64,000 nt of DNA from assembly GCA_963669175.1 (NCBI GenBank), contig OY769902.1, positions 1,024,001 through 1,088,000 on the forward strand, read 5' to 3'. The stretch is from a bacterium (GTDB taxonomy: Bacteria > Electryoneota > Electryoneia > Electryoneales > Electryoneaceae). The notes below the pieces were generated by a model. That model had not been told where the DNA came from, did no database searches, and saw only the letters and a program-made list of their open reading frames with translations. Numbering within the stretch: position 1 is the stretch's first letter; each line of letters opens with the position of its first letter. Position numbers and translations under genes: made by a program. Below are positions 12,001-18,200 of this stretch, piece by piece.

Positions 12001-14915
12001 TGCCTACCGCCCAGGTTCAGCGAAAATCAACAGAACCGGCTGGTTTCGGCAGTCAGTCACGCAAGAGCCGGAATACGGAATTCGGTGAGTCAGTCGGATT
12101 GCAGAAAAGTGACAGGCTGGGTGAGCTGGATGAACTTGATGAGCTGGACGAACTCCTGGATGGGTTGACCATCTATTGGAAAGTGGAATGCAGTGACGAA
12201 TACGGCAATACAATCTGGGCCGAACCGGAAACTGGCTGGTCCTTTACCGTGAACCTGCCGTCACTGCCGGATACCTTCAGCCTGCATGAGCCGTTAAATA
12301 GTGATACTGTATGGACCGATTCAACGCAACTGGTCTGGTTCTTTGCCGATGAACCCGACCCGGACGATGAAATCACCGATTATGTCATCTGGTGGGCAAG
12401 CGATGAAGATTTCACGGAAGACCTCGATTCTGCCGTGGTAACACTGTTCAATACGCACTGGTTGTACAACCTGACAGACGATACCCGTTACTGGTGGAAA
12501 GTGCGCGCCAATGACGGTAACAGTGTTGGCCGCTGGTGTAACGAACCGTTCAATTTCCTGGTCTATATCCCGGAGCCGCCGACAGCGCCGGAATTGATCT
12601 CACCGGATAACGAGACTATTGCTACCGAAAGCGTTGTTCTGCAATGGAACGGCTCGACCGATCCCGACCCGAACGATGAAATCAGGTATGTGGTCGTCTG
12701 GAGTCGCAGCCAGGACTTCCTGGAGATCGATTCTACCGTATCAACAGAAACCACGGCCACGTTGCATGGTCTGGAAGACGATTCCGATTACTGGTGGCAC
12801 GTGAGAGCGCAGGACCAGTACACGGAAGGCACCTGGTCGGATACTGTGTTCACGTTCAGTCTTTCCATTCCGGAACCGCCTGCGGCCTTCCAGCTTTACG
12901 GGCCGGACGATGAAGCTACTGTCAGTGACAGCTCGGTTACCCTGGCGTGGCAGAATACATCTGACCCTGATCCGGGCGATGAAGTCGAGTATGAACTGGC
13001 AATAGCGTGGAACGCGTCCTTCACTCCGGCCGCCTATTTCAGCCTGGAGGATACGACCTATCTGCTGGATGGAATCGATGACCTGCCTGTCCTTCCGGGA
13101 ATGATGCAGGTCGAGTCGAACCAGCAGGAGCTTGGCGTAGCGAAAAAGGGCCAACGCAACTCGCAAAACACACGTTCCAACAGTGGTCCTTCTGGATTCG
13201 GCTCGGTCAACTTCACCAGCAATGGCGCCAATTCACTGCGGGTGACATCGCTGGATGATTCAATCCCGCTCCCTGATGACGCCACAATTTTCTGGAAAGT
13301 CACCGCGATAGACCAGGATAACCAGCGCACTGCCGGAACTCCGGCCAACGGCAAGAGCTTCTCACTGTACTATCCAGATCCTCCGGAAGCGTTCAGCCTG
13401 CTGGAACCGGCCAATGGCGCTTCACTTCCCTACGGCAATGTCTCCCTGCGTTGGGAGGAAACAACGGATCCTGATCCTGATGATGAACTGACCTATGTGG
13501 TGGTCTGGTCGCTGGATGATAGTTTTGACGAGGACGATGATTCGCTGGTTGTACATGGAACAACCACGACCATCGGCGGCCTGCTGGGCAATACAACCTA
13601 TTACTGGCAGGTTCGTGCACAGGATACGAATACTTCCGGCACGTGGTCGGATGATGTCTTTACCTTCAGCCTGGAAGAGGATCACCCGCCTACAGCTTTC
13701 AGCCTGCTGTCACCACAGGACGAGGATACGATTTACAGCAGAAGCCTGACACTCGACTGGGAAGAGAGCGAAGATCCGGATAACTTCGGTATCAGTTATG
13801 TTGTCTGGTTGTCCACCGACGAATTTTTCCAGGACCATGTAGACTCGATCTTTACCGATACAACCATCTTTACCCTGTCCAACCTGCAAGATGAGATAGA
13901 CTACTGGTGGGCTGTACGCGCCATAGATCCAAGCGGTAACGGAACCTGGTGCGATGATTCGTATACATTCCATGTCAGCATTCCGCAAGCGCCGCGAGCA
14001 TTTGACATTATTGCTCCGGATAACAATGCTGTTGTCAGTTCTCCGAATGTGGAATTCAGTTGGGAAAGCACTACCGATCCTGACCCGAACGATTCCCTGG
14101 TCTATGTTCTGCAATGGTCCTGGCACCCGACATTCAGCGGCGCATTGAACATTATCACGGAAGACACCAGCGCTATTGTCGGCCCGGACAGCCTGCCGGA
14201 CAACACGACTGTGTACTGGCGGGTGAAAGCGGTAGACCGGTTTGGAATGTATCGATGGGGTGGGGTGCTGTCGGGATACACATTCCGTACAGACTTCCCG
14301 GACGTTCCCTCCGTATTTGAATTAAGCGCGCCATCGGCAGGTAGTTACATGAACAGGGACAGTCTGGCGCTTTCCTGGATGGAATCGGTTGACCCGGATA
14401 GTTATGATGTACCCTGTTATGATGTCTGGATAGACACCAATGCTGCGATGAGCACGGCATGGCTGGTGGGCGACAGTGTTCGTATGACGTCGTTCTGGTT
14501 AATGGCGTCGGATGTCTTCCCGGGATTGGATCACTATTGGACTGTCCGTGCGACGGACTCGAATACGTCCGGCACATGGGCGTCAGATACGCTCCTTGTA
14601 CATGTGAGCTCGCATGCCGGGCAGCCTCCGGCATGGTCAGGAGTGCCGGAGAGCTTTGGTATTCCGGCCACATACCCGAACCCATTCAATTCCAGCATGA
14701 CAGCGATTGTGGGGCTTCCTGCAAGATCGGATATTTATGTCGCTGTGTATGACGTTCTGGGGCGGAAAGTGGCGGTGTTGGCCAGCGGACGGTATGATGC
14801 GGGGTATCACAAGTTCGGATTACAGGCGGATCGACTGGCCAGTGGGGTCTACTTCGTTCAGGCGCGTGGGAGTGGTTTCGGTACTCAGTTGAAAAAAATC
14901 GTGCTGGTCAGGTAG
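1..14915 (+). CDS. Giant secreted surface protein/adhesin (5'-truncated): right-handed beta-helix, ~42 Fn3-like repeats, T9SS type-A C-terminal sorting domain
   Basis: The frame is open from base 3 (FNNQNEGGHGGGIYFYN...) into the 117 ATG, so the true start lies upstream of the window. It has GGGI/GGAI beta-helix repeats, ~100-aa repeats (F.L..P...W....DPDPGD..Y.V.W...YWxVRAxD) and a C-terminus YPNPFN...YDVLGRKV...LASGVYFV...KKIVLVR. Confidence 0.9.
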   Translation, partial: FNNQNEGGHGGGIYFYNCNPSVSDLTVSGNYAQDNGGGMYFYNAHPVVQDCDISDNEADGGGGGIAMIQSEAQVLNCEIYNNTTDLYGGGIHAFNACEPTIDKCLFRNNTANLRGGAIHAYSDGNPTITRNTIVFNTSPTGAGIYIGYNSDGTVNSNIIAFNIEGEGVNASNDSPLSEIAYNNVHSNDAGGMWGNLPDGTGVISTVNENGDPSDVYFNIDEDPQFTDTFLNDYTLESTSPSINAGDPDLPADPDLSIADQGAFPYYQHTPIAFSLLSPLDGTIVYVGGDTTLTWEASADPDGQAVHYDVWMSNSPDLSDAVQIAEGLLATSFAVNDLEDDQDWYWTVHATDTNTDGQWARDTLHFHTHTVEAPGAFALASPADESIQPSTGVMLRWTRSIDADPGDEITYTVQWSDHSNFSPVYQGTTQDTMLFINTLQDIVAEFPDNSTIYWRVRARDSFNQYTWATPQSGWSFDVVDPDPPAAFDLVGPGDLDTCWTGDTTFVWEATTDPDMGDEVTGYMLWVATNPSFTANLDSFFTTGTSYTVNNLQDDVEYWWMVRALDNNTNGRWSSDAWRLRIYIPEAPMAFNLSSPPNNGEVDNDTVNVVWHAPVDPDPNDQMTYTIEWTEDASWSDYYSDTTEELTYEISDLSQPLLTARRELAERYLSGELDLDNIGGLDELDELPDETWVYWRVRAMDSFGNSVQCTPAAGWRFYVNVTDPIEPFSLFSPGDGDTCWTGDTTFAWNHTEDPDGILLYYRFQWAEDEDFTINVDSTAATFDSFMTMNGFEDDQTYWWRVRAGNLSGSSRMSSETWALNIFIPEPPSAFDLLSPPDEDTLFNATPTVSWQASVDPDPGETVRYRVIWATDAAFTQNVDSSAATTSTSATLPALNDDTTYWWRVRALDPRAGDVWSTSTRRFHIYIPEPPADFSYLAPASGSVVEEDTVTVSWHAAVDPDPNDVITYTVYWSTAATFNPLYTATTTETSYRISDLASVLGHGVDELDQLPDNQRIFWKVTAEDSYGFTSDGLPTTGWSFWTNYIDEPPDPFSLLSPSNDDTVWAGDTTLTWQATTEPDPGDDVTGYMVWWATNSGFSDNLDSAAVGAGVTSYHLEDLIDDHAYWWKVRALDNNTNGRWSTDTRRFHAFVPDPPSAFALAAPDSGDLIAEDTVVVYWRQSTDPDLNDEITYTVMWSTDPGFGTVYSGTTQDTSYTITDLANLGPQDEIIGSDELDELPDATTIYWRVRAEDRYNLSTIGTPSHGWSFTTNLPTPPQPFSLLSPSNGDTCWGGDTTLTWQTAIDPDPDDAVLRYVVWIASNSAFTQNLDSISVNAPATTLDLEDLDDDRAYYWKVRAQDGNTTGRWSSTTRYFRTYIPEAPGAFALQSPANGADVDNDTVTVSWTAAVDPDPNDVLTYTVEWSTQSNFATSYTGSTTNTSFQITDLQDYVGNGDELDELPDDTTIYWRVSVRDRFGNIRQATPPEGWSFHIDIPQPPLPFSLVSPADNVTCRTGDTTLVWRSTTDPDPGQTVLYTVWWANNSSFTSNLDSATTADTTCDLNNLADESHYYWKVKAVDDDGNATWSTQTRRFLVYIPEAPSAFNLLSPADGDTSWTGNANLSWQAATDPDHGDVLHYEVWWATNAAFTAGVDSQAVTGTSYTLANLTDDTQYWWKVKVVDNYSLSAWSTSTRSFHVYISEAPGAFTLVSPDSGDVIAEDTVTVTWTASVDPDPGDDVSYRVEWATNPSFTGYYSGTTEETTFDITDLADIVQDLDELEDDITVYWRVRAIDNHSMETLATPNHGWSFSIYIPEAPSAFGLLSPASGDTCWTGDTTLTWQASIDPDPDNVIAYKVWWATNAAFTQGLDSASTNATSYALNNLPDDTRFYWKVRAQDQNSTGTWSTDTRYFDVFIPDAPTAFNLLTPPDESILAMDTVTVTWEASTDADPGDEITYRVEWATNPAFTGYYSGTTLGTTLDITDLADMVQDLDELPDDITVYWRVRAMDKYDQETLATPNEGWSFSVYIPEPPSAFSLLSPDDGDTCWTGDTTLTWQDSTDPDPDDVITYKVWWATNAAFTQGLDSASTNATSYAMNNLPDDTRFYWKARAQDQNSTGTWSTETWHFDVFIPDAPTAFNLLTPPDESVLAIDTVTVTWEASSDPDPGDEITYRVEWATNPAFTGYYSGTTLGTTFDITDLADMVQDLDELPDDITVYWRVRAMDKYDLETLATPNEGWSFSVYIPEPPTAFSLLHPSDGDTCWTGDTTLTWQASSDPDPGDAITYKVWWATNAAFTQGLDSASTAETSYELNNLPDDTRFYWKVRAQDTNTTGTWSTQSWHFDVFIPDAPTAFNLLTPPDGSVLAMDTVTVTWEASTDADPGDEITYRVEWATNPAFTGYYSGTTLGTTFDITDLADVAPELDELPDDITVYWRVRAMDKYDQETLATPNEGWSFSIFIPEQPAAFSLLSPDNGDTCWTGDETLNWQASSDPDPGDAITYKVWWATNAAFTQGLDSASTAETSYELNNLPDDTRFWWKVRAQDTNTTGTWSTETWQFDVFIPETPIAFNLTGPVTGDTCWTGDTTLVWQASSDNDPGDVITYKVWWATNAAFTEGLDSASTSETTYTLNGLDDDTRYWWKVRAQDRYTNGTWSNQVYDFDVFIIEAPGAFSLVAPTDGAAVNDDTVTVSWTQSIDPDANDIVTYRVEWSTSNTFAPLYDDETTETSYNITGLVDMLQDLDELPDDMTVYWRVRAIDRYGFSTTATPSDGWSFTVRIPEEPSAFSLIGPVNGDTCWTGDTTLTWQASVDPDPGDVITYKVWWATNAAFTEGLDSASTAATSYTLHNLADDTRFWWKVRAQDTNTSGVWSTETESFDVFIPEAPGAFALLTPANGALMPNDTVTVSWAASIDPDPGDVVTYRVEWSTSNTFVPLYDDETTETSYMITDLQDVLQDLDEIPDNTTVYWRIRVTDNRGMVNWGTPNAGRSFTIRISDAPYPFSLLDPLDGDTCWTGDTTLTWQVATDPDPGDQIAYKVWWATNAAFTEGLDSVSVTEASYALNNLADDTDYWWKVRAQDGNSSGTWSTETRRLHVYIPEAPSTFSLIEPEHGDTVWTSAVELSWQVANDNDPNDTVEYWVFWANDPGFTTGLDSAVVNQASYTLTGLMDDHTYFWKVRAQDNYTGGTWSTQTRMFRVYMIGFPDAFSLIGPLNGDTCWTGDTTLVWHETTDPDPDDDITYVIWWANDEAFIEGLDSTTTTDTTLSLEDLSDDTPYWWKVRAQDQNTAGTWSTQTFGFHVYIPESPVTFGLALPENEATVTTDTVTIYWHPATDPDPGDVIHYDIELAMLPDFSHTQEASTSDTSFIITDFIQQMAGELDELEDDQTYYWRVFAEDRFGLNVGCTPITGYAFTVHVPEPPEAFSLISPFDEDTCWTGDTTLVWHSSSDPDPGDVITYHIWIANDEQFTVGLDSMATADTTLELVDLPDDTPFWWKVRAQDMNTEGTWSTETGMFEVFIPEAPAAFSLLSPLNGVTLEMTDVDLEWQESSDNDPDDDLEYVLYWSLSENFVTGVDSITLTETEHTLAGLSDDTQYWWKVRAQDHYTVGTWSTQTWTFSVGVPQSPFPFSLISPVEGDTIWSSEGNFFWHGTSDPDPEEDFTYHFQIATDPLFTLNFEEQVLEMDTGAVATGLMDDTRYWWRVVAIDEQDHATYSNETWYFDVYIPEAPEEFSLLLPENEAIIEDDTVLVYWEPTTDPDPGDWIRYTVQWSMFEQFTEYATATTLDTMLSINGLEDQILAELDELPDDISVYWRVLAIDQYADTTWATPETGYVFHVSYEHSPPLAFDLVEPADGDTVFTGEPIVRWETAVEPDPGDSVASYTIVWAEDAVFTVGVDSTTGLEDTSYVFEGLTDETMYWWKVRAVDTNTNGAWSTSNFSFLVYIPEPPTAFNLLSPEDEALVAEDTVTVTWSSSSDPDAGDTLTYHVVWSIDPEFGIANDSLVTDTTMQIGYVDLPTAQVQRKSTEPAGFGSQSRKSRNTEFGESVGLQKSDRLGELDELDELDELLDGLTIYWKVECSDEYGNTIWAEPETGWSFTVNLPSLPDTFSLHEPLNSDTVWTDSTQLVWFFADEPDPDDEITDYVIWWASDEDFTEDLDSAVVTLFNTHWLYNLTDDTRYWWKVRANDGNSVGRWCNEPFNFLVYIPEPPTAPELISPDNETIATESVVLQWNGSTDPDPNDEIRYVVVWSRSQDFLEIDSTVSTETTATLHGLEDDSDYWWHVRAQDQYTEGTWSDTVFTFSLSIPEPPAAFQLYGPDDEATVSDSSVTLAWQNTSDPDPGDEVEYELAIAWNASFTPAAYFSLEDTTYLLDGIDDLPVLPGMMQVESNQQELGVAKKGQRNSQNTRSNSGPSGFGSVNFTSNGANSLRVTSLDDSIPLPDDATIFWKVTAIDQDNQRTAGTPANGKSFSLYYPDPPEAFSLLEPANGASLPYGNVSLRWEETTDPDPDDELTYVVVWSLDDSFDEDDDSLVVHGTTTTIGGLLGNTTYYWQVRAQDTNTSGTWSDDVFTFSLEEDHPPTAFSLLSPQDEDTIYSRSLTLDWEESEDPDNFGISYVVWLSTDEFFQDHVDSIFTDTTIFTLSNLQDEIDYWWAVRAIDPSGNGTWCDDSYTFHVSIPQAPRAFDIIAPDNNAVVSSPNVEFSWESTTDPDPNDSLVYVLQWSWHPTFSGALNIITEDTSAIVGPDSLPDNTTVYWRVKAVDRFGMYRWGGVLSGYTFRTDFPDVPSVFELSAPSAGSYMNRDSLALSWMESVDPDSYDVPCYDVWIDTNAAMSTAWLVGDSVRMTSFWLMASDVFPGLDHYWTVRATDSNTSGTWASDTLLVHVSSHAGQPPAWSGVPESFGIPATYPNPFNSSMTAIVGLPARSDIYVAVYDVLGRKVAVLASGRYDAGYHKFGLQADRLASGVYFVQARGSGFGTQLKKIVLVR
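5421..7680 (+). repeat. Intragenic tandem repeat, 645-nt period (A+B domain pair, ~3.5 copies), highly similar at DNA level
   Basis: Equivalent domain starts lie at 5421, 6066, 6711 and 7356, with near-identical nucleotide stretches. Confidence 0.85.
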
Positions 14916-15076
14916 CATGGCCGGCAGGATTTTCAGCAGATAGTGTTACGGTGCTGTAGTGGAGAATCTGGTTTTCATATTGTTGGGAACTATTGCCTCT
15001 TGAGAAACGTATATAACGGGAGTCAGTTTCCATACAGCATCCGTTTTGATAGAGGGCCGATTGAACCTCTCTACAC

Positions 15077-15106
15077 TTGACTCGCTGAAAAAGGCGAGCC
15101 TATTTT
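15077..15106 (+). promoter_or_regulatory. Putative sigma70-type promoter for the porU operon leader
   Basis: TTGACT-N18-TATTTT; the same geometry occurs upstream of the cold-shock gene (TTGAAC-N18-TATTTT). Confidence 0.5.
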
Positions 15107-15111
15107 GTGCT

Positions 15112-15266
15112 AGTAACGGAGAAAATACCCACTAAGGAGTACATTACCGGAAGTTTCGCGCAACGGGTTGACCATGGCAGTTCGATCAGACAGCATAGTC
15201 GGGATACCCTATTCGCGGGCGAACGGTTAGGGAGGCCGTGCCGACCCAGACGCATCGGTCTTTTTT
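15112..15266 (+). ncRNA. Candidate structured 5' leader RNA/attenuator, family not recognised
   Basis: Pairings ACGG/CCGT, GAC-ATG/CAT-GTC and CCCTA-TTCGC/GCGAA-TAGGG, then a hairpin GGCCGTGC..GCATCGGTC followed by T6 just before the porU start. Confidence 0.4.
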
Positions 15267-15284
15267 ATTGTGGGCGATTTTCAT

Positions 15285-18200
15285 ATGATGAAAAGACACT
15301 TCGCAATTCTGTTCCTGGTAATGACCAGCCTTGTGCTGTTGGCCGGGCCTTTGTCTGCAAAGGTCACGGTGCTCGAAGATACTCCCTCCTACCTGGAACT
15401 GCAGGTTATCCCTGAAGGCTGGATGATTATCGAGGCGGAAGATGGCATTATTCCCATGCCGTTTGGCGCCGGTCTCGATGAACGTGCTGGCGGCCAAGCC
15501 ACACCATATTACCGCCGTCTGATAGGTCTTCCTTCCGGCAAGCTTCCCCAGGCGCAACTTACCCAGGTAACATGGGGTGAGTTGGTTGACGGCGTTCTGC
15601 CTGTGGGTCAGGAAGTTGAGGGTAATGACCGTGTTCCCCATCTGAGCCCGGATCGCATGATTCAGTTCGGGGCGCCCTATATGTGGCGCAACCAGTGGGT
15701 AACGGATATTTATATTGTTCCGGTTTCCCGGCAGGGGAAACAGCTTCGCAAGCTGGAAAGCGCCACCATCCGGATTGCCTATCCGGAAGCCCAGGCAGGA
15801 CTCGTTCGTAAAACAGACCCCATGTCCAGTCAATTCCTGGTAAACCCGGTTGCTGCACAGAACTGGCAGCATAGAAAATCCGGCCGAAGCGCATTCAGTT
15901 TTGAAGATCTCTGGCCTTCCGGGGAGATGTTCAAGATCGAAATCAGCCAGGAAGGGATTTATTCGCTTACACGTGCCGACCTGGAATCGGCCGGAATAGA
16001 CCTGAGCGGTTTTGATCCGAGGACTTTCCGCATTTTCGGCAACGGTGGCTTCATGTTGCCGGAAGATGTCTCGGCTGATAGAGATGAAGAGCTGATAGAA
16101 AATGCCATTCTGGTTGTTGGTGAAGATGACGGTTCCTGGGATGAAGGTGATGAGATCCTTTTCTTCGCTCGTGGTGTGAATAGCTGGGAACCATCAACGA
16201 GTTTGCCGGGCACGTATAAACATGTTCAGAACCTGTACACCAGAAACAACGTCTATTGGTTGAATGTTCCGGATGATGGTTCCATGGGGAAGCGGATGGA
16301 CCCCCTTGGGGAAGGCCTGACCCGGACCTTTGTCGCAGAATGGGCGACATCACGGGTTTATATGGACAATGACGCTTTTGTTTTCTATAGCGATAAAACT
16401 CCCGAGTCCGGCAAAAGCTGGTATGCTGCAGATCTGTACGCTGGGGGGCAGTATAACAGCTCTTTCCAACTGGATTCGCCGATTGTGGACCAGGAAGCAC
16501 AGATCAAGGTAGGCTACAAGAAGGTCTATGTAACAGGCGAATCGGATTACGATGCGGTTATCCTGGTCAATGGGGTGGCTGTCGATACAGTCGATACGTC
16601 TGTCAGCAACCGCACTTTGACCGTGCCTGCGAACGTACTTCGCAACGGTAGCAATTCCTTTACATTCAGAATGTTATCCGGGCGGGCGCTGTTTGACTAT
16701 TTCGAATTGGCCTATATCCGCAGCCTGGAAACAAGCCAGACCAAGCTGGAATTTGATGCCTTGCAGGACGATGGTGTTGCTGAAATTGACATCGAGGGCT
16801 TGACCAATCCCTGGATCTTCAATATTGAAGATTTTGACAATGTAAGTGTTACACGAACATTGCCATTCAAGATCGAAACCAGTTATGCGAACCCGCACCG
16901 GGTGCTGGCGATATCCGACGGCTCCTTCCTGAGCCCATCCAGTATTCAGTCTTTCTACCGTGGCTGGGGTGAATATCCTGATGGACTCAGACAAGACGGA
17001 ATAAGCGCTGATGCGATTTTTATCGTGCATCCCGATTTTGCTGAAGCAGCAGCGGAACTGGAGTCGTACGTGGAAGAGCGCGATGATATCCAGGCCGTCC
17101 GTGTGCGGACAACAGACATTTACAATGAATTCAGTTGGGGGTTGTTCGATCCAACCGCTATCCGAGATTTCCTGGAATTTGCCAAAGATAATTGGTCGGG
17201 AACCGGTTCGTCCGGTCCGACAGTCTGTCTCCTGATAGGCGATGGTGATTACGATTACCGTAACGTCGTATCCTCGAACGATAAAAACTGGGTTCCACCC
17301 TATGAAACCGGGATTCAGTGCCGTGACGACTGGTTCGCCACATTTACCCTGGATGGGGATGCCGAGTACATCATGGGACGTCTGCCTTTCCAGAAAGTAT
17401 CCGAGGTAGAGAATTACACCGAACGGCTCATCACCTACGAAAATGATGTCAATCGCGGTCCCTGGCGCAGCAAGGTGATCATGGTTGCCGACGATGAGTA
17501 CATTGACGTCGGACCAACCACAACCGACAAGCAGCACATGGCCTACTCGGAAGAGTTGGCCAACACTCATATCCCCGATTACATGCAAATCGAGAAAATC
17601 TATATCGGTCCTTACCCCACGGAATTTGATCCGACCACCGGCGCACGCACCAAACCGGGCGCTTCGCAGGATCTCATTGAGACAATTAATCGCGGAGCCT
17701 TGTTGATCAATTACATGGGCCATGGAAACGCGCATGTATGGGCTCACGAGAACCTGCTGCTCGACAGCCGTGATGTGTCCAATATCAACAGTGGTTTGCG
17801 CGAGCCGATCTACGTCGCGGCAACCTGCTCGTGGGGATACTTTGACCGTCCTGACAATGAAGCCTGCTTCGAACAGTTATTGGCCAAATCTGGTGGCGCT
17901 ATCGGTGTCATGGCCGCTTCCAGGAACACGTCCGGTTATGGCAACAACAACATGGTCAAGATGTTTTATCAGCTTTTCTTTGACCGTGAAGAACCGCGTT
18001 CTCTCGGCGAATGCCTGTACCTGGCAAAGATAGAAACATCCGGCGCTACCAATAAGTATTATCACTGTTTTGCCGACCCCTTGATGATGCCGGCAGTGCC
18101 ACGACTGGATTTGACTGTAGAAGAGATTCTGCCGGACAGCCTGATATCGATGCAGGTGGCCGATATCAACGGTTGTGTTCATGCGCTGAACGGTACAGTC

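Noticed and set aside
15107-15415. 102-aa ORF over the porU leader; TPP-riboswitch or 6S RNA identity for the leader
   Set aside because: The ORF has no protein features. GAGAAAATACCC resembles TPP, but the ACCTGA/TAATGC elements are missing. 6S identity could not be supported by eye.
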